NCBI GenBank assembly: GCA_002320815.1
Contig: DCLA01000010.1
Location: 95,991-159,990 of the forward strand
Direction of reading: 5' to 3'
From: Myxococcales bacterium UBA1660
GTDB lineage: Bacteria > Myxococcota_A > Polyangia > Polyangiales > Houyiibacteriaceae
Length of the DNA: 64,000 nucleotides
The notes below the pieces were generated by a model. It ran no database searches and had not been told where the DNA came from. It saw nothing but the letters and a program-made list of their open reading frames with translations. Shown piece after piece: positions 8,899 through 17,658 of the stretch. Position 1 is the stretch's first letter. Every line of letters starts with the position of its first letter. The position numbers were made by a program, and so were the translations under genes.

Positions 8899-10703
8899 GC
8901 CGCCTGCCCAAGCCGCTGATGGTCGTCGCCCTGGGCACGGCCGTCGGCTCCCTCGGGGCCTGGTTCGCCGCCACGCCCACGCCGGCGCCCCAGGTCGCCG
9001 AACCCACGCCCGAGCTGGCCTGCTCCTTCGTCCGCGGTGAGCGCCGCGCCTACGAGGTCTCGTCCCAAGCCGGCACCACCGAGGCGGTGGACCGCTTCGC
9101 CGGCACCCTCAGCCTGGAGGTCGTCGAGGCCTCCGCGGTCGGGGCCCTGGCCCGCGCGGCCTTCAGCGAGGTCTCCCTCGAGCAAACCCTGAGCGACACC
9201 CCGGCGCGCGAGCGGGACGTGGAGGGCGCGCCCTTCTTCGTCCGCATCGACCGCCAGTGCCGCTACACCCACCTGGGCTTCGGCGACGACTGGCAGGCCT
9301 CCGGCCGCGACGTGGTCACGCAGGTGCTGCACGCGACGGAGATGGTCGTCTCCGGGGAAGCCCGGGACCACTGGCAGGCCGCGCAGCGGGATGGCGGCGG
9401 GGACTATGTCGCGGAGTACCGCGCCGCGGTCACCGCCGACGGAGTCGAGGTCGTCCGCCAGAAGCCGGCCTACGACGCGGACCCGGAGGCTCGGCGCCTG
9501 GGCATCGAGCTGACCGTCCTGCGCTCCCGCGCGGAGGCCCGCTTCGACGCCGCGGCCCAGTCCATCGAGCGCGTCGCCGGCGCGGAGCAGCTCATGCTCT
9601 CCCTGCCGGACGGCACCGAGCAGGTGCTCACCCACCGCTTCTCCATGGGGCGGCGGGACGAGGCCTTCGCCCTGGTCGCCGCCGCCTCGGTGGACGACGT
9701 CGACTTCGACGACACCCCCCGGGCCATCCCGGTGGACCGCCCGGTGGATCCCGGCCTCGCCGCGCTCGCGCTCGGGGACGCCCGGGACCGCTTCGGGGAC
9801 TTCTTCGCCCGCCTGGGCTCGGACGGTGTCTTCCCCGCCGCCCGCTTCTTGGCCGACTGGCTCCGGGCCAACCCGGCCCAGTCCCAGGCGCTGATGGAGG
9901 AGCTCCGCAGCGGGGCCATCGACGAGGCCGCCCAGGCGTCGTTCTTCCTGGCCTTCGAGCTCGCCGGCACCGACGCCTCCCGGGAGGTGCTGGTGGGCGC
10001 GGTGGTCGACGGGGTCCTCACGGACCTCAACCGCGCCCGGGCCGCTTCGGCGTTGGCGGACCATGGGGAGCCCAGCCGTGCGGTCGCCGACGTCCTCCTG
10101 GGTCTGGCCCACGACGACGCCTCGGGGACCGTGAGCACGGTGAGCCGCCTGGGGCTCGGCAGCCTGGCGGGCCGCGCCGACGGCGCCCTCGGCGACGAGC
10201 TGCGCGACGTCCTGGCCGGTGAGCTGGCGGCGGCCGAGGCCCGCACCGATCGGGTCGCGGCCATCGACGCCATCGCCAACTGCGGCGACGACCGCTTCGC
10301 CGACGCCCTCGGGGCTCAACTCGGGGCCGGCGAGCCGTCGGTGCGGGCCCACGCGGCGGAGGCCCTCGGGCGCCTCTCGCCCGAGGTCGCGCGGACCCAC
10401 TTGGTGGAGCAGCTCGGCGCCGAGGAGGATCCCCAGGTGGTCGCCTCGGTGCTGCGTGGCCTCCGCCAGGTCGACGAGGGCGGCTCCGCCCTCGGGGCCG
10501 GGGAGCTCTCCCTCGCGGGGGAGCGGCTCGCCTCGCCCCACGCCTCGGTCCGCCTCGGCCTCATCGAGTGGTTGGGTCGCTCCGCGGACCGTCCGGAAGT
10601 GCGTCGGCTCCTGGCCGAGCAGTTCCATCGCGAGACGGACCTGCGCCTGAAGCAGCGGCTGGGGTCCTACGTGAGCGCGGCCGAGCTGCGCGCGGCGGGC
10701 TGA
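8895..10703 (+). CDS. Signal-anchored protein: N-terminal beta-rich module plus C-terminal HEAT-like helical repeats (possible vitellogenin-N/LLTP-like)
   Basis: GTG at 8895 overlaps the upstream TGA (GTGA). The N-terminal hydrophobic segment is 'LMVVALGTAVGSLGAWFAA'. HEAT/PBS-lyase-like repeats are 'RVAAIDAIANCGDDRFADALGAQLGAGEPSVRAHAAEALGRLSPEVARTHLVEQLGAEEDPQVV'. Confidence 0.75.
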   Translation: MSRLPKPLMVVALGTAVGSLGAWFAATPTPAPQVAEPTPELACSFVRGERRAYEVSSQAGTTEAVDRFAGTLSLEVVEASAVGALARAAFSEVSLEQTLSDTPARERDVEGAPFFVRIDRQCRYTHLGFGDDWQASGRDVVTQVLHATEMVVSGEARDHWQAAQRDGGGDYVAEYRAAVTADGVEVVRQKPAYDADPEARRLGIELTVLRSRAEARFDAAAQSIERVAGAEQLMLSLPDGTEQVLTHRFSMGRRDEAFALVAAASVDDVDFDDTPRAIPVDRPVDPGLAALALGDARDRFGDFFARLGSDGVFPAARFLADWLRANPAQSQALMEELRSGAIDEAAQASFFLAFELAGTDASREVLVGAVVDGVLTDLNRARAASALADHGEPSRAVADVLLGLAHDDASGTVSTVSRLGLGSLAGRADGALGDELRDVLAGELAAAEARTDRVAAIDAIANCGDDRFADALGAQLGAGEPSVRAHAAEALGRLSPEVARTHLVEQLGAEEDPQVVASVLRGLRQVDEGGSALGAGELSLAGERLASPHASVRLGLIEWLGRSADRPEVRRLLAEQFHRETDLRLKQRLGSYVSAAELRAAG

Positions 10704-10704
10704 G

Positions 10705-11649
10705 GTGCGCCGGGTCGCGTCGTCGCTCCTGGTCCTGCTGGGCTGCGTCGGGTCCCCCGACGGGGCCCGGCCGGACCCCCTCGCCGGCGCCGAGCCGCTG
10801 GCGGTGTCGAGTTTCGACGCGACCGGGCGCTCCGCGCCCCTGGTGATCCCGAGCGCGACCACGCTGTGGGCGCTCGCGGGTCCCGACGAGTGTTTCGCCC
10901 TCGCCGGGGACGGCGGGGGCTTCGCCGCGCGCGGCGCGGCCCTGGACCGGGTCGAGGCCGGGGTGGTCCACTACCAGCGCGTCCGCTGTGACACCGGGAC
11001 CCCGCTGCGCGAGGCGCTACCCGCGGGGCTCGAGGTGGCCTGGGTCCCCCACGAGGCCCCGACGGGCCGCGCACGCCTCGGGCTGCGTTTCCTGGTCACG
11101 GAGCACTCCGCGGTCCGGGGCGCGGTGCCCGCCGAGCTGCTGGCGGCGCTGGCCGCGGAGCTGGCCCCGGCGGACCTCGAGCCCGAGCTGGTGGCGACGG
11201 TGTCGCTCCACGGGGCTCCGGCCGAGAGCCGCTTCGGCGACCTGGAGACCGAGGCCCTCGACGCGCTCCTGGCTCTGGGCCCGCCGGCGATCCCCGGGGT
11301 GGTCGACGTCGTCTTCGCCGGCTGCCTCCAGCGGGAGGACGCGCTGGGCGTCCCCTCGGCCGTCCTCGGCTTCACCGGCCGGGTCGGTGGGGGCGGCGGC
11401 GGGGGCGCCGACGCCGTGTTCCTGCCCGGGCGCCGGTGCGAGAGCTTCGCCTCCGAGCCGGCGCCCGTCGACGTGGATCGCACCGCGCACCTCTTGGCCC
11501 ACGAGTTGGGTCACTTCCTCGGCCTCCCACACAGCGAGGGCGGTGGCGACCTGATGGCGACCAACCCCCAGCTCGCCACCGCCCGCGGGCTCACCCCGGC
11601 GCAGGTCGCCCGGCTGCGCGAGCACCCCTTCGTGCGCCCCGCGCCCTGA
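10705..11649 (+). CDS. Metzincin-type zinc metalloprotease lipoprotein
   Basis: GTG lies 1 nt after the upstream stop. 'MRRVASSLLVLLGCVGSPDG' is a lipobox signal. The zinc motif 'HELGHFLGLPH' (HExxHxxGxxH) is at nt 11500-11532, followed by 'DLMATNP' (Met-turn-like). Confidence 0.8.
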   Translation: MRRVASSLLVLLGCVGSPDGARPDPLAGAEPLAVSSFDATGRSAPLVIPSATTLWALAGPDECFALAGDGGGFAARGAALDRVEAGVVHYQRVRCDTGTPLREALPAGLEVAWVPHEAPTGRARLGLRFLVTEHSAVRGAVPAELLAALAAELAPADLEPELVATVSLHGAPAESRFGDLETEALDALLALGPPAIPGVVDVVFAGCLQREDALGVPSAVLGFTGRVGGGGGGGADAVFLPGRRCESFASEPAPVDVDRTAHLLAHELGHFLGLPHSEGGGDLMATNPQLATARGLTPAQVARLREHPFVRPAP

Positions 11650-11694
11650 GCGCGGCCCAGCCGGCTCGACTCCGCCTCGGCCTCTCGGGCGGCA

Positions 11695-12888
11695 TCACTC
11701 CGCGCGGGCGCGGGTCCGGCCGGTGAAGGTCGAGTGGAGCGTGGCGAGGTCCAGCCCGTCGCTCTGCGCCGGGCCGTGCCAGACGTAGACCGCGGCGGGC
11801 GCGGTGGCCTCGATGGTCGCTCGCTCGTCGAAGACAAAGGTCCGGCGGCTGGCGCTCGGGTCCCACACCTCGACCAGCACCGCGTCGGTCGCCCCCAGCG
11901 TGAGCTCGGTCCCGGCGATCGAGGGCGAGGCCGGCGCGGGCAGGGCAGGGGGCGTCAGCCGGGCCGGGGTCTCGCCGGCGGTGGCGCGGGCCACCGAGGC
12001 GGACTCGACCCCGTCGCCGGTGGCCAGGGCGAAGGCCCAGCAGCGCGAGGCCGCGAGGGCGCCGGTGGCCTGGGGCAGGGCGAAGGCCGTCTGCCCGCGG
12101 AAGTTGCCCAGGATCATCGTGGCCGAGTCGACGCCCACGCCGGGGACCCCGACCACGCGGTCGGTCCCGGGGACCAGGTCGGGCAGGTCGATGGCCAGGG
12201 CGGCCTGGGGCACCGGGTCCAGGACCACCTCCACGGACGGCGCGTCGACCTCGGCCACCAGCGGCGCGCTGACGGCGAAACCCAGCGGGGTGATCACGTC
12301 ATCGGCGGCGTCGTCCGGCGTGCCGCCGTCGTCGTAGGCGTCGAACTGCGCGAAGACCGTGGTGCGCGCGCCGGGCACGGCGAGCCCGTTGAACGCGCAC
12401 TCGGTGGTCTCCGCGCATTGGGTGAGGGTCGCGCCGCTCACCGTGAGGTGCTCGCCGCTGGTCGCCGCCGACACCCGCGTGAAGAGGACGGCCCCCGCGG
12501 GCACCTCGGCGGCCCCGGGGAGCGCGACGGTCCCGTGGTATTCGGCGGTGGCGGCGACGTCCCGCTCGAGGGGCAGCGTGAGCACCTCGGCCTGCGCGCC
12601 CACGAAGGCCGTGGCGAAGTAGCCGGAGGCCTGGACCTCGATGCGGTCGATGGCGTCGGCCTCCACGGCCAGCCTCCCGTCGGCGCCCGTCCGGCCCACG
12701 TCGATCCCGTCCGCCAACACGGTAGCGCCGACGATGGGCTCGCCGTCGTAGCGGTCGACGGCCATCACGTGGGCGGTCCCGGCGAAGGTCCCGCGGACGC
12801 CCGGATCGATGGCTGCCGGCGGGGTGGGGGAGGAGTCATCGGCGCAGCCCCCGAAGAGGGCCAAGAAGCAAAGGATGCGGAGGCGCAT
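11695..12888 (-). CDS. Lipoprotein, unknown function (carboxypeptidase-regulatory-like N-terminal segment)
   Basis: 'MRLRILCFLALFGGCADD' is a lipobox signal. 'GEPIVGATVLADGIDVGRTGADGRLAVEA' resembles CarboxypepD_reg-type beta-sandwiches. Good GC3. Confidence 0.7.
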   Translation of the reverse strand: MRLRILCFLALFGGCADDSSPTPPAAIDPGVRGTFAGTAHVMAVDRYDGEPIVGATVLADGIDVGRTGADGRLAVEADAIDRIEVQASGYFATAFVGAQAEVLTLPLERDVAATAEYHGTVALPGAAEVPAGAVLFTRVSAATSGEHLTVSGATLTQCAETTECAFNGLAVPGARTTVFAQFDAYDDGGTPDDAADDVITPLGFAVSAPLVAEVDAPSVEVVLDPVPQAALAIDLPDLVPGTDRVVGVPGVGVDSATMILGNFRGQTAFALPQATGALAASRCWAFALATGDGVESASVARATAGETPARLTPPALPAPASPSIAGTELTLGATDAVLVEVWDPSASRRTFVFDERATIEATAPAAVYVWHGPAQSDGLDLATLHSTFTGRTRARAE

Positions 12889-13063
12889 GGGGACCCCAAG
12901 CTAGCAGCCGGGGAAACGTGTTGCACCGTTCCCTTCGCCCCCTCTCGGGTCCGGCGCGCCTCTGGCTTCCCCCTCCCGCCGTCGCGCGCGTCCTTGCAGA
13001 GGGCCCCCTCGGCGGGCATCGTCGGCCCCGGATGACTCCCGTCGCGCCGGACGCCCCCGAACG

Positions 13064-15580
13064 ATGAGCCGCTTCGGCCCCCCGCCGGCCCTCACGCCGC
13101 TGCTCGGTCGCGCCGAGGAGCAGGGCCGGCTGGCGACCGCGCTGACGGGGGAGAGCCGGCTGACGGTGCTCACCGGGCCCCCGGGTATCGGCAAGACCCG
13201 CCTGGCGGTCGAGGCGGGCCGGTCGCTCGCCGAGGGCACCTCCGTCTGGGTCGACGCCTCCACGATCCAGGGACCGGAGGACCTCTGCGCCTGTCTCGCC
13301 GACGCCCTCGGACTGCGGCTGAGCTGGGTCGACCTCGGCGACTACGTGGACGAGCTCGGCTACGCCCTCGAGGGCCGCGGTCCGGTCCTGGTGATCCTCG
13401 ACGAAGCCGAAGGTGCGCTCGACGCCCTGAGCGCGGTGCTGCCCCGCTGGCTCGACGCGGCGCCCGCCGCGCGGGTCCTGGTGACCAGTCGAGAGCGCCT
13501 GGGCGTGACCGGCGAGGTCCTGGTGGAGGTCGGCCCGCTGGCGACCGAGGGGGACGACGCCGCGGCGGTGCTGCTCGTCCTCCAGCACGCTGGCGCCCGC
13601 CTCCCGGACGAACCGGCCGAGCGCGCGGCCCTGCAGCGGCTGGTGCAGGCCCTCGACGGAGTCCCGCTGGCGCTCGAGCTGGTCGCCTCCCGGCTGCGGG
13701 TGCTCTCGGCGGTGGAGATCCTGGAGCGCTTCGCCGCCAAGGGGCTGAGCGCCATCGAGGCCAAGCACGGCCGTGGTTCCCCGCTCTACGAGGCGCTGGC
13801 GGACTCTTGGGACCGGTTGGAGCCACCGGCCCAGGAGGCCCTGGCGCGTTGCGCCGTCTTCGCCGGCGCCTTCGACACGGCGGCCGCCGAGGCCGTGCTG
13901 GGTCCCGAGGCCGTCGACCTGCTCCATCTGCTCCGCGACCGCTCGCTCCTGGCGCGGAGCGAGCGGCAGCATCGGCTCTACGCTCCGGTGCGCGCCTTCG
14001 CCGCCGAGCGCCTCGCCGCGGAGGTCGCCGCCGACGCCTCGCGGTCCCACGCCGCCTACTACGCCGAGTTCGCCCGGCGCCATCGGGAGGCGCTGGCCGG
14101 ACCCCGCCGGGCCGCGGCCCTGCGCGCGCTCACCGACGCCCTCGACGAGCTGCGGGGCGCCTGGGAGGCCGCGGACCCGGGCCAGCGCCGGGAGCTGGCG
14201 CTGGCCACGACCGAGGTGCTGGTGGAGCGGGGCCCGGCCGAGGCCGCCTGGGCCCAGCTCGACGCGCTGCCGCCGGACCCCGAGGTCCGCATGGCCCGCG
14301 CGAAGGTCCACGAGGTGACCGGTCGCATGGAGGCCGCCATCGCGGACCTCGAGGCGGCGACTGCCGCGCTCGAAGTCCCGGCGGAGCGGGCGCGGGGCTT
14401 GGTCCAGCTCGCCGCGTGCGAGCTGGCCCGGGGCGCCGTGGACGCGTCGGTACAGCTCGCCGACCATGCCCTCGAGCTCGCGCCCGAAGGGAGCGCCGTC
14501 CGGGTAGAGGCCCTGCGCCAGCGGGCCATCGGCGCCCACGCCCGGGGCTCGCTGGACGTCGCGGCCGAGCACTACGAGCGCGCCCGGCGCCTCGCCGACG
14601 ACCTGGGGCTGAGCCAGCGGGCGGCCCAGCTCCGCGCCGACATCGGCACCGTCCGCCTCCAGGAGGGCCGCCACGACGAGGCCCGGGAGCACTACCAGGC
14701 CGCGGTCGAGGCCCTCGATCCCCGCTTCGCCCCGGTTGCCCTCGGCCTCGCCGAGGGGAACCTGGCCATCCTGGAGCAGGAGCAGGGCGCCCTCGAGCGG
14801 GCCGCCGAGCTCCTCGCGCGGGGCATGGGCCGGCTGCGCTCGGTGGGTCATCGCCTCTACGTGGCGCACCTGGGCGTCTACGCCGGCGCGGTGGAGCACG
14901 AGCGGGGCGACCTCGCGCTCGCCATCACCTTCTACGAGCAGGCCCTCGACGGGCTCCGCCGGGTCGGGGACTCGCGGACCACCGCGGTGGTCGCGGCCCT
15001 GCGTGGCGCCGCCGAAGCCGAGCGGGGCCGCGAGGCCGCTGCCCGGGCCGCCTTCGAGGAAGCGGCCGGCGCGCTGGAGCGGATCGACGATCCCGGCATC
15101 CATCGGGCGGTGGCCCTCCATCGGGTCCACCTGGAGCTGCTCGATCCCGCGGCCCGCGACGCGGCGGTGGCCGCCGTGGCCGAGGCGGCGGCCGACGAGG
15201 TCGTCGCGCGCTCCGACGACGCCCGCATCGCCATGCGGCTCCTCGACCGGCGCCTGGGGCGCGGCGCGCTCACGTTCGCGGTCGACGCCCGGACGCTGAC
15301 CTTGCCCGACGGCAGCGAGGTCGACCTCTCGACGCGCACGGCGCTGTGGAACATCGCGCTGGCGCTGGGCGAGGCCCACGGCGAGGGGGCCGCCCTGGAT
15401 TCCATGGCGCTCCTCGAGGCGGGCTGGCCCGGGGAGACCATCTCCGCCGAGTCGGGCCTCAACCGGGTGAAGGTGGCCCTGAGCACCCTGCGCAAGCTGG
15501 GGCTCCGGGAGGTCCTCCTGCGCAGCGACGAGGGCTATCGCTTCGATCCTGAGATCCCCGTGACCCTGGCGCCGGACTGA
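13064..15580 (+). CDS. STAND/AAA-type NTPase with TPR-like repeats and a C-terminal OmpR/PhoB-type winged-helix domain
   Basis: Walker A is 'LTGPPGIGKTRLA' and Walker B-like is 'VLVILDEAE'. A long Ala/Leu-rich helical repeat region follows. The C-terminus 'LTLPDGSEVDLSTRTALWNIALAL...GLNRVKVALSTLRKLGL...SDEGYRFDPEI' matches the trans_reg_C pattern. Confidence 0.8.
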   Translation: MSRFGPPPALTPLLGRAEEQGRLATALTGESRLTVLTGPPGIGKTRLAVEAGRSLAEGTSVWVDASTIQGPEDLCACLADALGLRLSWVDLGDYVDELGYALEGRGPVLVILDEAEGALDALSAVLPRWLDAAPAARVLVTSRERLGVTGEVLVEVGPLATEGDDAAAVLLVLQHAGARLPDEPAERAALQRLVQALDGVPLALELVASRLRVLSAVEILERFAAKGLSAIEAKHGRGSPLYEALADSWDRLEPPAQEALARCAVFAGAFDTAAAEAVLGPEAVDLLHLLRDRSLLARSERQHRLYAPVRAFAAERLAAEVAADASRSHAAYYAEFARRHREALAGPRRAAALRALTDALDELRGAWEAADPGQRRELALATTEVLVERGPAEAAWAQLDALPPDPEVRMARAKVHEVTGRMEAAIADLEAATAALEVPAERARGLVQLAACELARGAVDASVQLADHALELAPEGSAVRVEALRQRAIGAHARGSLDVAAEHYERARRLADDLGLSQRAAQLRADIGTVRLQEGRHDEAREHYQAAVEALDPRFAPVALGLAEGNLAILEQEQGALERAAELLARGMGRLRSVGHRLYVAHLGVYAGAVEHERGDLALAITFYEQALDGLRRVGDSRTTAVVAALRGAAEAERGREAAARAAFEEAAGALERIDDPGIHRAVALHRVHLELLDPAARDAAVAAVAEAAADEVVARSDDARIAMRLLDRRLGRGALTFAVDARTLTLPDGSEVDLSTRTALWNIALALGEAHGEGAALDSMALLEAGWPGETISAESGLNRVKVALSTLRKLGLREVLLRSDEGYRFDPEIPVTLAPD

Positions 15581-15760
15581 ACGGCTCGGTTCCACGGGGT
15601 TTCATCGGTCTCCGCCCCGGCGGCGCCCGTTGACCCGGCCGGGGTGGAAAAGAGAGGATCCTCCGACCGCACCTGGCGAAGTTCCAGATCGAGCCGCCGG
15701 CGTTGGGGACCGAGGTGCCGCGCATCCCCGGGAGTGCCGCGCGATCGCCGGCGTAGGGGC

Positions 15761-16000
15761 CTACTCGAGCCGCCGGCCGTCGGGGAGGAGCCGCGGATCG
15801 GGCATCGTCCCCTGGGAGGCGAGCCGGTAGCGCTCGCAGCGCTCGTAGGCGCCCTCGCGGTAGAGCGATTGGATGACCCGCAGGGGGCTGTCCGAGCGGA
15901 AGCGGGGGAACATCGGGCAGCGATCGACGTTGGGGCAGCTCGTGGCGCTCCATGACGTGTGCTCCCATCCGAACCCACCGCCAGGGATGGGGTCACTCAT
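15761..16000 (-). CDS. Small Cys-containing hypothetical protein (79 aa)
   Basis: ATG at 16000 gives 'MSDPIPGGGFGWEHTSWSATSCPNVDRCPMFPRFRSDSPLRVIQSLYREGAYERCERYRLASQG...'. Only this terminal part of the 15761-16915 track ORF looks protein-like; the upstream part runs antisense through the tRNA. Confidence 0.5.
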   Translation of the reverse strand: MSDPIPGGGFGWEHTSWSATSCPNVDRCPMFPRFRSDSPLRVIQSLYREGAYERCERYRLASQGTMPDPRLLPDGRRLE

Positions 16001-16065
16001 TTGGGTGAGGTCCCAGAAATGCGCAGTGCCGATGCCCTCGTTTAGGGTCGACACGTGCCGATCCG

Positions 16066-16362
16066 GTGCCATTCTCCGGCCCCATGAGCCCGTCCGAACT
16101 GCCGGCCCATCCCGAGAGCGAAGCCGCGATGTGGCACTACGTCCGGGGTGTCGAAGCGCGCCTGCGCGCCGACCTCCGGGGCACGCGCATGCAGCGCGAG
16201 ATCGACGTCGCCCGAAGCCTGGAGCGCTTCTATGCCGCCGCCGGCCGCCCCTGGCGCGCGACCACCGTGGGCCGCATCGCCGAACTCCTCGAGCGCGCCC
16301 AGACCGGCGTCCTGGCCGTCCAGCAGGTCCGCCTGCCCCGCACCCCCGAGCAGCGCTGGTAG
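16066..16362 (+). CDS. Small hypothetical protein
   Basis: Sequence is 'MSPSELPAHPESEAAMWHYVRGVEARLRADLRGTRMQREIDVARSLERFYAAAGRPWRATTVGRIAELLERAQ'. The composition is helical and non-repetitive. The start may be the ATG at 16084. Confidence 0.45.
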   Translation: MPFSGPMSPSELPAHPESEAAMWHYVRGVEARLRADLRGTRMQREIDVARSLERFYAAAGRPWRATTVGRIAELLERAQTGVLAVQQVRLPRTPEQRW

Positions 16363-16399
16363 CGCCGCCCCGAAGAGTGCACGCCAGCGCCGAACTTCC

Positions 16400-16428
16400 T
16401 TGACGACCCACCCCCGAAGTCGTATCTC
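16400..16428 (+). promoter_or_regulatory. Putative sigma70-like promoter of tRNA-Gly
   Basis: TTGACG (16400-16405), a 17-nt spacer, then TATCTC (16423-16428), ending 12 nt before the tRNA 5' end. The same cTTGAC -35-like hexamer precedes the other two tRNA loci. Confidence 0.4.
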
Positions 16429-16440
16429 CGTCCCCCTCAC

Positions 16441-16513
<73 letters not shown>

Positions 16514-16524
16514 CCGAGAAAACA

Positions 16525-16563
16525 GGCCCGCCAGGCATCCGCCGGCGGGCCGTTTCGTTTTCC
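16525..16563 (+). terminator. Hairpin plus T-rich tract after tRNA-Gly
   Basis: GGCCCGCC (16525-16532) pairs with GGCGGGCC (16544-16551), followed by 'gtttcgtttt'. Confidence 0.5.
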
Positions 16564-17151
16564 CGGGACCGAGATGGTCCCTTGAAATCCGGTAATGCCT
16601 GCGGACGACATCACGGCAGGGGCCCCAGTGGGCCGAGTAGGGACCAGCTTCGTCACGCAATCGCATCATGGTGACATCCCGCCACGGAATGGACCGCCCC
16701 GCGTCCCTGCATCGAGCCGCTGACCGGCCTCTGTGCTCAATCCAAGTAGGCCGCCAAGGCGTTAGTATCCGGCGCAAGCTGCGGGGCGCCGTGAACGGCG
16801 ACCTGGAGCTGGTCGACGATGTGGAGCGCATAAACGGCGAGTATGTTCTTCTACACGGATGTCGAAGATCTACTGAAAGGCTCAAGGAGACGCAGCGGCA
16901 TGGGTTCTCCATCAACCGCCTAGCTAGCTAGCTGCCTTTGCCGGACTCAGCCGCGGGTTCCACAGCGAGCTGCGGGCTCAGATAGTCCCGACGCTGGCCA
17001 CCGTCGAGATGCCCGCGGCCGCGCTACAAGTGGCCCCCTGCGACCTCTTGTGCCCTTCGACCAAACCGTGGGCTCGCACCGGCCGTCTTGTCGCCCGCGT
17101 GCTGGAGGCTGTCTTTCCGGTGGGCGATTGCGCTATCGTAAGCCGTCGTCC

Positions 17152-17658
17152 GTGCACATTACCCAGCAGAAGGAGGAGTTCTCTGTGGCGTACGTTCACG
17201 CGATCGCCGCCAGCGCGGGCTGCGCTGTCGACCGACCGAAAGTCGACAACGAGAGCGTGGACGTGGAGGTTCGAAGCAACCTCAGCTACCAGAAGTTCGA
17301 CAACCCTCGGATCGACCTTCAGCTCAAGTGCACCGCCTCGCTGCAGGGTCACGCAAAGGGCGTGTTGAAGCACAAGATTCCCGTCCACAACTATAATGCA
17401 CTTGTCTCGACACGACGGGTCATTCCTCTGCTCTTGGTTGTCGTCCACGTGCCCAAATCGGTTGACCGGTGGATCCATCAAGACAATCGGATGCGCGCCG
17501 ATCTTCGGTTCTGCGCCTACTGGTGCGCATTTAGAGGGAAGGCGCGGTCAACTAACTCGACGTCGGTGACCGTGAGCATCCCCCGCTCGCAGGTCTTCAC
17601 GCCTTCCGTGATCCGCTCGTGGATGAAGCGCGTGGGCGACGGCGAGTTTCTGCAGTGA
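17152..17658 (+). CDS. DUF4365-like PD-(D/E)XK (restriction-endonuclease-fold) protein
   Basis: GTG at 17152 gives 'VHITQQKEEFSVAYVHAIAASAGCAVDRPKVDNESVDVEVRS...PRIDLQLKCTAS'. This has the layout I associate with DUF4365: N-terminal helix 'Q..E..s.AYv.aia', a D...D.E segment, then a 'QLK' strand. The track start at 17050 would add an unlikely Arg/Gly-rich leader. Confidence 0.65.
   Translation: MHITQQKEEFSVAYVHAIAASAGCAVDRPKVDNESVDVEVRSNLSYQKFDNPRIDLQLKCTASLQGHAKGVLKHKIPVHNYNALVSTRRVIPLLLVVVHVPKSVDRWIHQDNRMRADLRFCAYWCAFRGKARSTNSTSVTVSIPRSQVFTPSVIRSWMKRVGDGEFLQ

Noticed and set aside
16668-16931. An 87-aa plus-strand ORF, with overlapping minus-strand ORFs, in the gap between tRNA-Gly and the DUF4365 gene.
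   Set aside because: There is no ribosome-binding site, codon periodicity is poor, and there are no recognisable motifs. It is more likely decayed element DNA than a gene.
16921-16933. 'tagctagctagc', a CTAG-based palindrome giving stops in all frames on both strands. A related 'ctagagctagctag' lies at 53243-53256.
   Set aside because: It is striking because CTAG is rare here, and it resembles an engineered stop cassette. However, both occurrences lie in intergenic AT-richer DNA, and I cannot tie them to any function. They are most simply chance or promoter-region sequence.
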